From positions 62,001 through 126,000 of the forward strand of contig CAJNYD010000015.1 of the NCBI GenBank assembly GCA_905331295.1: a stretch of 64,000 nt of DNA. The letters are read 5' to 3'. Shown one piece after another: positions 15,592 through 29,629 of the stretch. The stretch comes from Rotaria socialis (taxonomy: Eukaryota). Position numbers and translations under genes: made by a program. The first letter of the stretch is position 1. Each line of letters starts with the position of its first letter. The notes beneath the pieces were generated by a model that worked only from the letters and a program-made list of their open reading frames with translations, did not search any database and was not told the origin of the DNA.

Positions 15592-16891
15592 ATGTCCTCA
15601 GAAACAATATCTAATCAATTAGACAAATTTAGTCTCACGTCTGCAGTCGTTGGAATAGGCAAGACACGTGAAGAATATTTAAAGTTATTTTCACGGTAGA
15701 TTTTTATTGCTGATTATATTCACTCTCAATAGTAAATAACTCTTTTTAGAGCATGCATTTCACCATTCAACGATCGACCCTATGTAATTCCTATGTCGGG
15801 ACTTTACGATACAATGAATACGAGTACAAGTTTAATTTTACTCAATCAACGTTTCAAAATGGTAGGAAAACGGCTAATGGAAATGAACCAAAAAAAAATG
15901 CTAATGATTTAATTATTTTGTTTCTAGTCACATTTACGTGAACAAGCATTATTTGAAGAACTGGCATATCAATCACGAAAAGAGTTCGATTACGAAAGTT
16001 TAATTGAACTTGGAAAACCGAAACCAAAACCAAAACATAGAAAGCTAGTTTCTTGTGATAAATAAATGGATATCTAGTTTTTCAAAATATATATTTATAG
16101 GAAAACTTGTTCACCAAATATTTTAATTGATCCTTACCGACATTTTGAAAGTATTATTAATGAATATTGTTCTGCTTTCTGTCTGTTTTACTTGTTATTC
16201 AGGGTCAAAACAAATATTGGCATAATCGCAAGTGTACAAGTTCATGTTTGATGAGTGATGTAGGAGATAATTATAATGAAGAATCGAATCCAAGAATGCC
16301 ATCACGTTAGTTTTACTGTTTAGTTATTTTGCTAAATTTAATTTAAAAATAAAATCTGTTTTTAACAAGGTAAATCACGTAGAAAATCAAAACGATCGTC
16401 GTCTATTAATTCTCAATCAGAATCTCTTGTAATAACACAGGAAAACGTTGATGAAGAATTTCAATCGATGCCAACTGTTATTGAATCTCCTGGTCAAAAT
16501 TATCGTAGCTTAGTAGATAAAGCTAAACAAATTGAATTAGATTTACAGAAATATCCAACTAAGCAATCATTTAATGAACGTATAAAATCAAGCGGACCTC
16601 GCCATAAATTACCATTAACAGAAGATCAACAAATAGTCTTATCAGATAAATATCAAGTAAATAAAAACAAAATATAGATTTTTCATTCTTATTTCATTTG
16701 TGCCGATTTAGATTTATGATATGAAAGATACTAAAATACGCCGAAGCAATTCTTATTCGCAAACTTTGAATAATCGTTTGAAAGCAGGTAATATTTTGTT
16801 CGGTCGTTGAATAAAAAAGAACTTTCCAGTTCGCGAAACAGCATTGAGAAAAAAGTCGATTGTTAATCAAAGCTACTACCACTCAATATAG
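15592..16891 (+). CDS. Uncharacterised multi-exon gene (~8 short exons; one junction does not keep frame)
   Basis: MSSETISNQLDKFSLTSAVVGIGKTREEYLKLFSR...SHLREQALFEELAYQSRKEFDYESL...MPTVIESPGQNYRSLVDKAKQIELDLQKYP...VRETALRKKSIVNQSYYHSI* with regular short introns. Exon 16101-16150 is phase-inconsistent. Confidence 0.6.
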
Positions 16892-17436
16892 ATCTTTACT
16901 CGCAAAATAAGATCAGTTTGCCATTGAATACATTGGATTTGTTTTTTTGTTATTTAAAAAAGATAGTTATAGATCAAGATTAATTTAATAGTGATAAAAT
17001 CTAGAATTGAGTAGCTACTTAGATAACAATATCTCTCAATATGATATTGATTAGATACACAAACAATGGCTGGCTCACTAAGTTCGCTATTCACCAATCA
17101 CCAAAGTAACAAACTGGTTGCATTGTTTAATTTCTGTATCAGACGCTGTATTTGCATTGAACAAGATAACAGCTAAACAAAACAAAAAATCGTTTCTATA
17201 AACCAAATTTATTAAGTGAATACTTCTTAGTATCCAGCTACGGATAAAACTAGATTAGCATTGTTCTCTTTCACAAATGAAGTTGAGACGAGCACACGTA
17301 TTTTAATCGAAAACAATCGATTAGTAGTTCGATGATCAAAACTATTTCCCTATCACCTACTCAAACATCAGTCTTGTTTTATTTGTCACTGATCATTTTT
17401 TAAGTCGCCAAGCAGTTCAATTCAGTATGATATAGG

Positions 17437-18129
17437 TCTATCCTTACTGTGAATACTGTTGAGGAAAATACATCGTCCAGTTGCTCTGGTGAAAAACAAA
17501 ACGAAAATTTCCTAAATTTGTAAAGTCATGTCGTATCCAACTCTTCCAGATATCTTTACAACATGCATCTCTTTTTAAATTTTGTGTTCATAATCGCATC
17601 CTCAGCAGCAACTCTAAGAAATAAATATTTTTTTAAAGTATCCAGTGAAGAAGAAGAATTTCAGCACTCTTTCACTTTCTATACATGAAATCTATCATAT
17701 ACTAATAACGTAGAAGAGAAAAGTCCAGTTTATGAAATACCGCACGATTTTCATTTCTTTCATGAAGATTTACTTCTGAGAAAAAAAGAAAAGAATTCAA
17801 AATAATAATATCGGCTCCCGATTAGAGTTACCTATGAGTCAAGACTTACTACGAAAATGATTTAAATCTATTCAATAATCTTGTTCATTCACTATTATTT
17901 ATACTATTTTAGATTTCAATTGCAAACCACAATTTCGTAAGTAACTTTAAAGCATGCATAGATAATGATTCTAAGAAATTGATAATCGAGCACCAATTTC
18001 ATTATTTTTTATATAGGTTTAAATGATTGTCACGAATATAATAGATATGCAAAATTTCTCCCAGTGACACGTTCATTCACTCCCACTTCTGTTGCTATGA
18101 AACCGATGGATACTCAAAAGCATTTGTAA
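17437..18129 (+). pseudogene. Possible decayed spliced gene
   Basis: Exon-like segments with GT/AG borders (donors ~17489 and ~17937, acceptors ~17912 and ~18016) and protein-like frames broken by stops. No family recognised. Confidence 0.25.
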
Positions 18130-18386
18130 ATAAGCAAAAGCAGAATGGAGTCAGAGACTAGTTACTTCATTTTTTGGTTTTGTATTTTAGGACAAATAAT
18201 ACTATTCGTAAATCATTTACGACAAGTAATAATAAAACTCCGCTTATGGCTATCCATGGTTACGAACCAAAATCCATTTCAACACTACCTCTTCAGAGTT
18301 AAATAAAGACTTAAAATGTTTTTTTTTATTTGAAAAATAAAAACTAAACAGAACAAGAAAACAAATGATATGGTGCTAGTTTCTTT

Positions 18387-20708
18387 TTATTCGTCTGCTA
18401 ACATTTCATTAGCAACGTCTGCTGATAAATCTTCATATTCATAATAATATTCATATTGTTGAATGTGAGAATCGATTAATGGAAAAAATGAAAAATCTTT
18501 ATATGTATTTTTCAAAATAAATTTCTTATTTTTAATTGCAAATGTCCACAGTTGTTTACATGTTGGAAATGACCATATTAATCGAACAGATTTTTTGTTT
18601 TCCTTCGCATAAATTTTAACACGTTCTATTAAACTTTGACACATATAATCTCCTATATCATATATATAATCATGAAATTTCGAATTCACTTGATATAATT
18701 GTACTGTAAACATCGATGTTTCAGGAGTATCTTTTATTTGTAAACAAGCAGATCCAACAGGAGCACTGTTATTTGAATAAATTATATAACGTTCAATTTC
18801 ATCTCGTTGTTTGATCATTACATCAAAAAACTTTTTATTTTCACGTTCACATAATGTTTGATAGCGTACGGTTGAACCACATATTAATAAGCTCAAAAAA
18901 ATCATCATTCGAATTAATGATACTGTATAACTATAGCCTAGACTCTCCATTTGATAGTCAATCAGAAGTATTGTTGCAATAAGTAACCAACCATTAGTAA
19001 ATGGGATATTAACAATGGACGGAAATATATTTTTAGCATCATCATCAATTAAATATTTCCAATCGTTTTCAAATTTAGCAATTGGTTCATTTTCATCTTC
19101 GGTTCTAATGGAAAGAAAATTTTTATTGCAATTTCAGTGCTTACCAAAACGTATTGCTGTTTAAACTTTTTTAAAATAAGGTTAAACAATTAACTGCAAA
19201 CGCAGCTGATGATTTTAATATTTAATGAAGACATTAGATTGTAGAAATACTGTCGGTCTTACTTTAAAGTCTTGCCATTATAGCGTATCTATAGAATTTT
19301 TCTATAGAATGCATTACATGAATGGTATGATTTTCTATTGAAATTAATATCTGAGCTTGAGCTAGATACTTAACAAAGCAGATAAAAATTCTAAAATATG
19401 CTAGTATTAAAATGTTTTTCATCACACTTCACGGCACGTATGAGTATTTAAAGATTCAAGCAGGTGACTCGGAAAATATCCTTCACAAAATATGGACATT
19501 TTTATGATTAAATGTGACATTCTACATCGTCAATGATCTCAAATACTACTTCTTCATTACAAGTCAAAATCTGTAAGACGAACCCGAGTTAGATCAAGTA
19601 AAATCTGATCAAAATTTTCTTGATCTTCTTCTGATAAACTTACATATCTAAGAAACATTTTAACTTAATCGAGCGATAGAATAAGTTGAAAACTCTTCTT
19701 TCCCAATTCCGGATTAATTGACAAACAATGCACTGTCTTTGTAAATAAAAAGAGACAGATTCTTGTTTGGTTAAAAAAATTCAAAAAGAGAACAAGAATT
19801 TAGTCGTTTGAATAGTTAATTGTTACATATCAAATATCATTAATAAACTAAATGAAATTATCCTGCAAACTAATCGTTCCTTTATTAGATGTCAAAAAGT
19901 GTATACCAACATTTTCTTGAGAATACAGTTAAGATTGTTCGTGTCTTATTATTTTCTAAGCATGATCAATCACTTTTGGCAAAATATCAATTATTTTAAC
20001 TATTGCCTGCACTTTCATTCGATACCATTGAATGTTTGTTAACATGTTCTAAGTTTTATAATTCTAGAGAGATAAAATAGATAGGAAGCTATTTTCAAAA
20101 GTATTTCCGTTTCAAAAACAAAATATTTAAAAGACTTCTCTAACGTTTCAATAGTATTATAGATGAATGATAGTCAACAATAGTAGATGATTGATGTTCT
20201 ATCAAACTGAAACGTGCAAATTTATCAGTAAAAGTCATTTATTTTTAAATCTTACAGAACAAGATGATTTTGAGTATTCCAAAGGAATATACTAGAGTTT
20301 GAACAGAACAATAATTTTCATCTCTGTTGATTAACATCATCCAACTGAATACTTTATTCTATTAGATGTTTTCTCCGATATGGCAATTAAGATGAATCGA
20401 ATTCTATTTTGAAATCAAACTATACGTTTTACTTACTTCATCGTTGTTGGTGAATGCCATGTCAATCCATCACTAGAGATTTTTTCATCGGGCTTTTTAT
20501 TTCGTAATCTAGCTTTTAACCATGTACGCTTGAAAAAATTAACTATTTTTGATAAACAGTAAATCGAACAAAAGAATGATATAAAACTATTAAAACCAAG
20601 CCAGTTATTAAAAATACGTGAAATAAATGAATACATCATAATATTTAAAGCAGATGATGAAATAGTACGTATCGCAGCAAATAATACTTGTAATAAAAGA
20701 ATTAGCAT
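18387..20708 (-). CDS. Membrane protein with a divergent GNAT (NAT8/camello-like) C-terminal domain
   Basis: Exon 20708-~20437 (GTAAGT donor) joins in frame to exon ~19104-18387. Hydrophobic hairpin followed by PVGSACLQI...VQLYQVNSKF...IGDYMCQSLIERVKIYAKENKKSVRLIW...AIKNKKF, which follows the GNAT beta3-beta4-alpha3-beta5-alpha4 layout. Confidence 0.6.
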
Positions 20709-20872
20709 TTCTATTAGGTTCGATGGTGATGATTATAATAATAGATATAGTTTATCTAAAGATTAAAATGTAATTGGATCATTTATAATAAGAAAAAAAG
20801 ATAAAATAGTTTTTAACCTCAACGGTAAAAAAACCTATTGATTCGACATGAAGAAATTTGTTTTTTATACAT

Positions 20873-21049
20873 CAGGGACGGCGCGAAGCAATAAAAATAT
20901 AGGGGGGTTACTTGAAAACGGGAGGTTTCCTTTCAAAAATCGGAGTAAATCAATAAAAATCTCTTCTATTTTTTTCAAATCGGAGTAAAATTGAAAAAAA
21001 AATTCCAAATTTGGGGAGGGGAACCCCCCTCCCCTTCGCGCCGTCCCTG
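20873..21049. mobile_element. hAT-type MITE, family B (177 bp)
   Basis: Perfect 16-bp TIRs CAGGGACGGCGCGAAG / CTTCGCGCCGTCCCTG and perfect 8-bp TSD TTATACAT (20865-20872, 21050-21057). Subterminal hairpin GGGGAGGGG-AA-CCCCCTCCCC. Confidence 0.95.
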
Positions 21050-21374
21050 TTATACATAAATTAGGATTTCACTAATCATTTATTTCGATTTTTCTTGATT
21101 ACTGAAGGATATAAGATTGCTATTCGAAATCGACTAAACTGAATCGATAAAATATGCTTAAGGAAAAAGCTGGATTATACAATTTGTTATTAATATTGAA
21201 TATATTGAAAATTTTTCGAAAGGATTAGAGAACAAGAAGTGTCACCAACACGTGAAATGTATAGTTGAATAATGAAAGATCTATTTCAACCTATCGAGCT
21301 ATTAGAATAAACGTCCTTTTGTGACGAAGAAAAAATTTATCTAGATAAAATAAGACCTTTCAAATTTGATCTCA

Positions 21375-21453
21375 ATTTATTCTCAACAAAAACTTTTTCA
21401 TTTCGTTGATTTATTCTCAACAAAAACTTTTTCATTTCGTTGATTTATTCTCA
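21375..21453. repeat. Perfect 34-bp tandem duplication (~2.3 copies)
   Basis: ATTTATTCTCAACAAAAACTTTTTCATTTCGTTG repeated directly. Confidence 0.9.
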
Positions 21454-24203
21454 TATTCTATAAAATTTACACAAAAAATCTTCCAAATCGATTATGTAAA
21501 TCGACGAAAATAGGCAATAGATGAAACTGCTCAAACACGCGCATCGCTTGATCGATTTTATTATTTTATTTTACACGTTACGAACATCACTCTACTCACT
21601 CGCGTACAGAACCGAACACAAAGTGAAAATGAAAATGAAAATACGTATGTGTCGTGCACGTTTTTTTTCTCTTTTGATTCATATATCACAGCGGGCATTA
21701 TTCTTGAGAGAAGAAAACAGCTGTATTTGAAGAAATGAAAATGCGCAAGCTAGTTCCACATCCAATATCCTTGAATGAATGAGTGAATGAAAGAAGCAAT
21801 GCAAAATAAAAATAATGTCCGTTGTAACAATGGATAAATTTATTTTAAAATGATCAAGCATTTTTTATTTTTTTAATTATTTTAATGTCTCATTCTCATT
21901 TGTCTAGTCGATTTGTGCCTTAGTGTAACGTCTAATTATGTTCGATTTTGAACATTCACAAAAATATCCAAATCACATAGTTAGAATCGATACGTTGTTG
22001 TTTTCTTTCTCAATCAACTATACATATAGTATGTTGCGCTGGGAAATAAGATAAGATTTTCATGCTGAAAAGACACATGAAAGCAAATCAAAATTTAGTT
22101 TGCTTATAAAATCGAATAAAAAACAAAAAATGAAATTAGTATCGAAACTTTCCATGGATATAATTGAAATAAAATGTTCAAAATAAAGAATGTAGGCTGA
22201 ACGATCGATATGAAAAATGAGAAAAAAGTACTTTTTACGATTCTGCTTGGCACTGAACATTTTTCGTATGACATGTAGTAAAAACAATTCTTGCATTCTT
22301 TATTTACACAGTGACTATGGTTATCAATTAACCATTCAAAGTTGAACATGAACTCTTACCGTAGATCTATTGAAATATACATATCCAATATTCTGTTGTA
22401 GACATTTCTTTTTATCGACGAAACATACACATCAGTGGTTTTCTGCTCTTCGAAAGAAACAAAATTAACACTAAGAATCGTAATAACATTTAGAAGATGA
22501 ACTAATTTAATTTTTTTCAAAAATAAAATTCATGATAACTTAGTTTCAAGCTATTTGCATCTATGAAATGATAGAAGCGCTTTTAAAAAATCATATTAAT
22601 AATGCATGTCATTCTTATATGATTTTAAATGAGTGTCTCATATAGATCTCATTCTAGATTTTTACGTTCAAAGAGGTTCTCCGTAATAGAAATTCATTAG
22701 TATTATAATTAATCAGCATATACCGTATACGAGATTTTTCAATGGGAGTTTTTTTTTTATCAAGGGATCAATTTGAGCACTTCTTAAATCATAACTGTAG
22801 CAGGTTTTGATTGATGATTAAATTTACCATTCAATAGCATAGCATATCGTATGAAATATACGGACTTTTTTTATTAGTTTTAGATATATTATACCTATCG
22901 ATTTGTTTTTTATACTAGTTTTAAGTAAAACTTCCAAGCTGGTGTTTCGATTAAAAATTGGCAGCTCTCTAATGACCAATGATTTCAAAAGAAGAAACTT
23001 TTCTCCAGTGATTGAGATCAGTGAAAATTGCATATTTTATATCCAATCGGAGCATATTGAGCTTGCTGGTTAACTTAGATATCACATGATAATAGCGCTT
23101 CATCTACGTTTTCTTTTTTCTCATCTTCTCTTTTTAGATATTGTTATCATTTGCTTTCTTTCCTTTCGATAATTTCTACATGTGTGTGTGTGTGTGCAAC
23201 CGTGTATCAACAAATTTCTTTTCTTTTTCTAGTAAAATAATAGCGAATCTCGTCTGTTTCGAACGAACATGTCGAGAAAGTCGTATTTTATAAAAGAGAA
23301 TATTAGCTGTCATGAGAAAAACTTTATTGAATAGCTGTACAGAGGAGACAACGAAGTTTTAAAATATTCCTTTGAAATCTGCAGTTTTTATAATTCAAAT
23401 ATTTTAATTCAACAACATAAAACTCATACCGTATTATTTACATACACACACATGACTTGTGTTCATATTTAGAAGTTTCAGTGCACAATAGCTTCATCAA
23501 TTATAGTTAAACATTTGACCTTTAGAAAGAAGTAACTATAGAGTCTCGACAGTTACTTGTTGTCAGGTAATACCAATGAAAAGATTAATGTAGAACTTTT
23601 GTAACACATGCTGTGAAAGATGCATGCAGTGTTTTATCACACTAACTCCTTCTTTATTTGATTCGACTACAGAAGTTAGAAGAATATTGCGTTGAATTCA
23701 TTTTTGACAAGTAAATCATGCATGTTTACGTTCCTAAGCAAGTGCATTCCTAGTATATGAGTTTATACAATCGGCAAAAGTTATTCTTTTTCCCTAGAGT
23801 AATTTATGATGCTTTAACATTTTTTCTTCATCAATACTTCAAAAATAAAAAAGTTCGAACATCTTTCAAAGATCTCGTCATCTCCTGATTACTTTAGCCT
23901 TCAGCAAAAAAAACAACACATTTTCAAGGACCATCAAAAGTCAACTTAACGCATAGATTATATGCAAAAGTAAATAGAAAAAATATCTCAGCGATGAAGA
24001 ATAATGACCTATTACCTGTTCTTTTTTTCCTCTTATCTCTGGCATCCTTTCAGAGTATGCAAAGAGTAAACTAGGAAAAAAAGAATAAAAAAACGAAGTA
24101 GTCATTTTCTTCTTACGCCGTCGGCTTCGGACTTTTATAGAGTAAAGACGAGAAAGAAAGCAAGGATCATTTTTATTTCATAATTTTTTTATTTTTGAAG
24201 AAA

Positions 24204-27200
24204 ATGTTTATAAATTCAATTTATATCCTATTATTTTCTTTATCAATTATTTATTCATATCCATGTCCACCGGAATGTATTTGTAAGCCAACTGATACGG
24301 ACGATGTGGATTTTATACGAATGTCATATGTTATTACATGTTCAAATGCAGCATTCAAGAATGAACAGCTAATTCATGAAGCTCAACAATGGTCAATTAA
24401 TGAAGATAAACCTTATGATCTAGACGATGATGGTTCAACGCCAAGTTATGTTATTGCCATTGATTTATCAAATTCTTTGTCATTAAAAAAATTTACAAAC
24501 AAAACTATTCAGCTAACTAACTTTTCCTACACTATTAGAGGTCTTTCCTTAGCTAATCAAGGAAATAAATTCACTTTAGGTTCAAATTCATTTTATTCAC
24601 CCATATATGAAAATTTAAGAATTTTAAATTTATCTTCATGCTGTAAACAAATACCTGATCAATGTCCGCAAATTTTTCGTCCACTTAAAGCACTTCGATT
24701 ACTGGATTTAAGCGGATCAGATATGTATAAAGCTTGTTTAAACACACCAGGTATTGTTACCTTTAAAATATGGCTTATGTTTATTTTAATTTTTGTTAAC
24801 AAATTCAGTCCTGATTGTTAAGCACATTGAATCTCAAAATTTCGACATTGCCCATAGAAACTCGACTAATGAAAGTATTCATCTAGAGAAAGTATTATGT
24901 TTAGCAAAAATAATTTCGCTTCAGGCGTAGAGATTCGCAAGAAACATTTCAATGAAATTTTCTACATTTTAGATAACAGTATAATACGGGTTTGTAATCG
25001 TTGATGTTTTTTTTTTCTTCTGGTCTACAACTTGTTACTTACAAGCGAAGTAATAAGAGAAAAGCTTTGAAACATTACAACTAGTTGTTTTAGTAGTCTA
25101 TACCAATAAAATAAAAAACTGAGTTCTTATTGCCATTGAAAATTGATTTTGTCATGGATTGTAAATCAGAACATTTGAAAAAAATCTCTCAAAGGACTGA
25201 GAAAAATGAATTTTTCATCCTTGTAGACATGAAATATTAATTCTAATCAATCATAATGAGAAATCTTGAAGAGGTGACTTATATTTTTTTCAATTTAAAT
25301 TCCAATTTAAGATAATAGTCATATGATGTTTCCTACAAGATATCTGATTTACGCGTCAATATTTTTGTCTTTTGACTCATCTTGACTAGTAAATATCTCA
25401 GTTTTATTGATACGATCATCGATGCTGTATTAAAATTCTGGTACAAATATTCTATTAGATTCTTTTATCATGCTATTCTCAATGCATTACTCATGAATTT
25501 CAGTCGACGATGATGCTAATCTTAAAATTTTCAATTTTTTTAATCGTAAATATCTATCTTGCAGATTAGCAGTATTCTGTTTTGATATAATTCAATAGCT
25601 ACGGTTTTTTGACATGCTTAGATAGATAGACAAATTAATGAAATGTGGTGAATCTGATAGAAAAGACTACTCGATTCACAAAGAAATATAGACTCCTATA
25701 GATGATTTTCTTTCTGAATGATATTTGTAGGAACACTCAAAGACCTTGAACTATAAGATATATTGAAATAAATTTGATTAAAGTATAGTTTATACATGAG
25801 TTTATATGTTAAATGAAAAATCCAACATTTAACATTTATATATTCAATATTATTTTGACTGATCATCTATTAAAAATCGGGCTTTCTGCCCATCAAAACT
25901 GTGTAAAAATCCTTAAATCCTTAGTGGCTATCAATTGTTTGCAAATGTATGAATGAAAAGAAGAACAGTTTAGTTATAAGTAGTAGCGACTCATTTTTAT
26001 ATATGATACTGTTTAAATTTTATTACAATAACTGAACAGTTTCTTTTAAATAAATTTAGATACAATCTCGTCAAAGCTTCATGATCTTATACTACGTAAC
26101 AATATCTATGATACAAATACATTTTCTCATTCGTGTAATTTATTTAACAGTGTTCGATCAATCACTGGTACACTTGATTTACAAAATTCTCGTTTTAAAT
26201 CCAGTACAAAAGCAAATGAAAATTGTTTATTTGATTTATTTCAACAGATAACTACGTTGGATTTGTCTTCCATTAAATTTGAATCAGAATCAAATAATAA
26301 TGAGAATCTTTTAACACATTTACTTCAATGTAAAACAAAATCGAATGATTCCATACCTGGTAGTCAATTACTCAATTTATATTTACGTCATTTAAACATT
26401 GAAACGTTACCTGAATGGTTAACCGATAAGCGTTTTCTATTATTAAAGCGTCTTGATTTATCGAATAATAATATTTTCTATATTGATATAAATATTTTTG
26501 AAAATCTTCAACATCTATCATTAGCTTACAATCCAATCGAATTATTTAATATAACTTGGCGTGATAAAAAATTTTATGAATCAATAAATTTATGTTCTAC
26601 AATACGTAATCGAACGTTTAATTTATCGAAGCGTTTAAAAAATTTATTTAGATTAACAAAAAATGTTGATTATAGTGAAAATGAAGGAGTTCTTCCTGTT
26701 AATATAACACGCATTCCACTGGGTGTTGATTTTAACACATTAGATTTTTCATTAAATATATCAAGGACAAATTTATATTCATTTGTAGTCGATTTTTATG
26801 ATATACATCGATTAGATGTAAGTTTCAATCATTTAACGGAACTTAATTTAGATAAACAAATGAAATTGAATTATATCGATTGTTCACATCAAAATTTAAG
26901 TAAATTAATATTGAATAAACAATTATTAGAATTAGAGGAACTTAGATGTTCAAATAATTCTTTAAAAACTGTCGAAAATCTCGTATTCATGGAATATACA
27001 AAATTAAAACTAGTTGATTTATCCTATAATAAAATTGATTCACTGAAGAATTTATTTCACTATTTAACTAGTCGCTTTTTACATACTATTAATTTAAAAT
27101 CAAATTTAATTCAAATTGTTCCATCATATATATTTGATAATAAATTAATTAGTCTTTACGAAATTAATTTATCATACAATCGTATTCATACAATTCAAAC

Positions 27201-27756
27201 AGATGCATTTGAATCACCAAATTTACAAATTCTTGATTTAACTGGAAATCCACTAAAAACTATAGAACCAAACGCAATTTTTACTGCATCATTACGTTTG
27301 TTTTATGTGTATGATGATAGTCAAAAACCGGCAAATCAATCTGCAAACTCAAAATCATTGGATCAGTTTTTATTATTGCATAAAAAGTGGTATAAACAAA
27401 ATGGAACTTTTATGAAAAATAATCCAATGCGATTCAGAGAAACTTCGCCACTTGATAAGCACAAACAAGAATCAGGTTTGATTAACAAAGGAACCAAACA
27501 TTTTCTAAAAAGTTACATTTTATATGGAACACTCGGTGTGGTATTATTGTGTGTTTTGTTTGGTGGAATATATTATTATCGAAAACATCAAATAATATAC
27601 TTTCCAAGTTTTCAACACTATAGAAAAATAGATCGACAGCAATTAGTACAAAATGCAACCGAAATGGATATAGACCAACGAGAAGAAGATGAAATTGTGA
27701 TGAATTTAGAAGAACCACCATTCAACTTAAGAAATCAAGCACCTAAAAATGGTTAA
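24204..27756 (+). CDS. Leucine-rich-repeat single-pass membrane protein (Toll-like ectodomain, no TIR)
   Basis: Exons 24204-24750 and 26060-27756 join in frame. Signal peptide, LRRNT (CPPECIC), many LxxLxLxxN repeats, TM helix YILYGTLGVVLLCVLFGGIYYY and a short cytoplasmic tail. Confidence 0.88.
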
Positions 27757-29629
27757 TTTTTTTTTTCTATGAACTTTCTTCCCATTTGTTCTATATTGAA
27801 ATCGAGATATTTTTTATTTCTATTTGGTGTAAAAATCAGTGAAATATATACAAGAATTTTCTTTTTATTGGACAAAATTTTAATATCATAGAAAATGATC
27901 ATGTGGCACTCTTTCTGTTTGATATTCTTTGAAAGAGATTCTATTTTCGTTTTCAAACATTGATCAACTATATGAATTGTGAGACGAACGCGACATCTTT
28001 TTCAAAATTTAGTCTAGGATGCAGAGATAATCGTCGAGATAGTTCATAGTTTTCTGTTGAGAAATAGAGAGAAACATTTTTTTATTTCTACTTACATTTA
28101 AAACCTAAGGTGTGAACTAGAGATAAGAAAAATACTTTCTGTAGTGTATACTTTTTAGTCTTGTCTAAAGAATAAGTTTTGTGGGAAAATCAAATTTCTG
28201 ACAAGTATAAGATTAATTTGATACCTTTTAATAGACAAACTTCAGGGGTGATGAAAATATTTTATGTATTCTTTATGTATCGTTCTTGTCGATGTACTCT
28301 TTGAATCTTTTAAAAGTTTCAAGTTAAAGAAAAAATTGGATAAGCCAATTTCTTTTCGGAACAATAAAATTTCATTCAAACATTTATTGTAAATATAAAA
28401 AATTAATGATAACTCAAATTCGACAATCGCTGGTATCCAAATAGACACCTATGTTTCTCTGCCATAACAATTGATTACATTTAAGACACAATAAAAGAAA
28501 TTGCACACATATTTTTCATCGTAAAAAATCGATAAAAAGAATGCTATTCTTAAAGGAAGCCAAATAAGAAGTTTTTCTTTCATTTCGAGACAAAAAGGGC
28601 AAGTGTAAAAATAAAGTTTTTTTTAATTACCATCATTGGCAACGATCTAAGTTGACGAGGGAAATCTCATGACTGATCGTACGCCTTTGAATCGCAATTA
28701 TGTCCATCTTTCAAACTCTATAGAGTGATGAATGTGCTAAAAAAGAGTACGTACTCTGTGCTTCTTTTTATGCACATATTGTGCTTTTACGGTATTCCAT
28801 AATTGTCTCTATGTCGTCGTGCTTTCACGAACACGATAAAAATAATGATTAATCAGTTTAGAGTTAATATTTCACTGAGATATATAAAATAAAGAGAATA
28901 ACTTTTGTTGCATATTTCTGATATTGATGTTAATTTTATCCTAAGATACAAGTTAAAGCAATTGCTTGACTTTTAATTACTCAATATTCAGCGACATATT
29001 CGATATTTCTATTTTATACTTCGAGGAAGTCATGACATCTTAGTATTCTATAATAAATTCTACTTGTTAATTTTTATATCTTGATATAGTTGTCAGTTAA
29101 AATTTAGGAAATTCTTGTTTCTAAGAAGGACTACAGTATCGAACTAAAAATGACTTTAAAAATGTAATATCTTCTCAACAGAAACAAAGCTAAAGTTCTC
29201 AATGCTTTCTTGACATTCATGGATTCAACGTATCCATTGGATAAGTCAGAGCAATTGTAACATCTGATGCCTTCAAAATATCTCAGCACAGATCTTAAAT
29301 TCCGTTTTAAAACATTTACAAACAAAGTCTGTAAATCATTAACTTCGAAAAGTTTCACTGGATTCTTTTAATGAACCACTATATTACATTACATAAAATT
29401 ACGTCAGTAGGAAAATTAATGATGAGAAATTCAAAGGAAGAATAACTAATACTAGAACTATCTTGACACAAATCCGTATAGATTTCATAATTTGAAGACG
29501 CAACTCATTAGTAAAACCAGTAAATCAAAGTTAAATATTTATTGAATAAATAAAAATTAAGATCGTTAGAAATTAACGTGTTAAAAAGACTGTATAGTAC
29601 ACTAAAATCACCGAAATTAAAATCACCAT

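Noticed and set aside
21684..21706. TATCACAGC resembles the miR-2 family 5' end
   Set aside because: No complementary arm for a pre-miRNA hairpin, and the 3' part does not match.
29131..29358. 75-aa minus-strand ORF with a CxxC (RCYNC)
   Set aside because: No recognisable domain or supporting exon structure; at most a decayed fragment.
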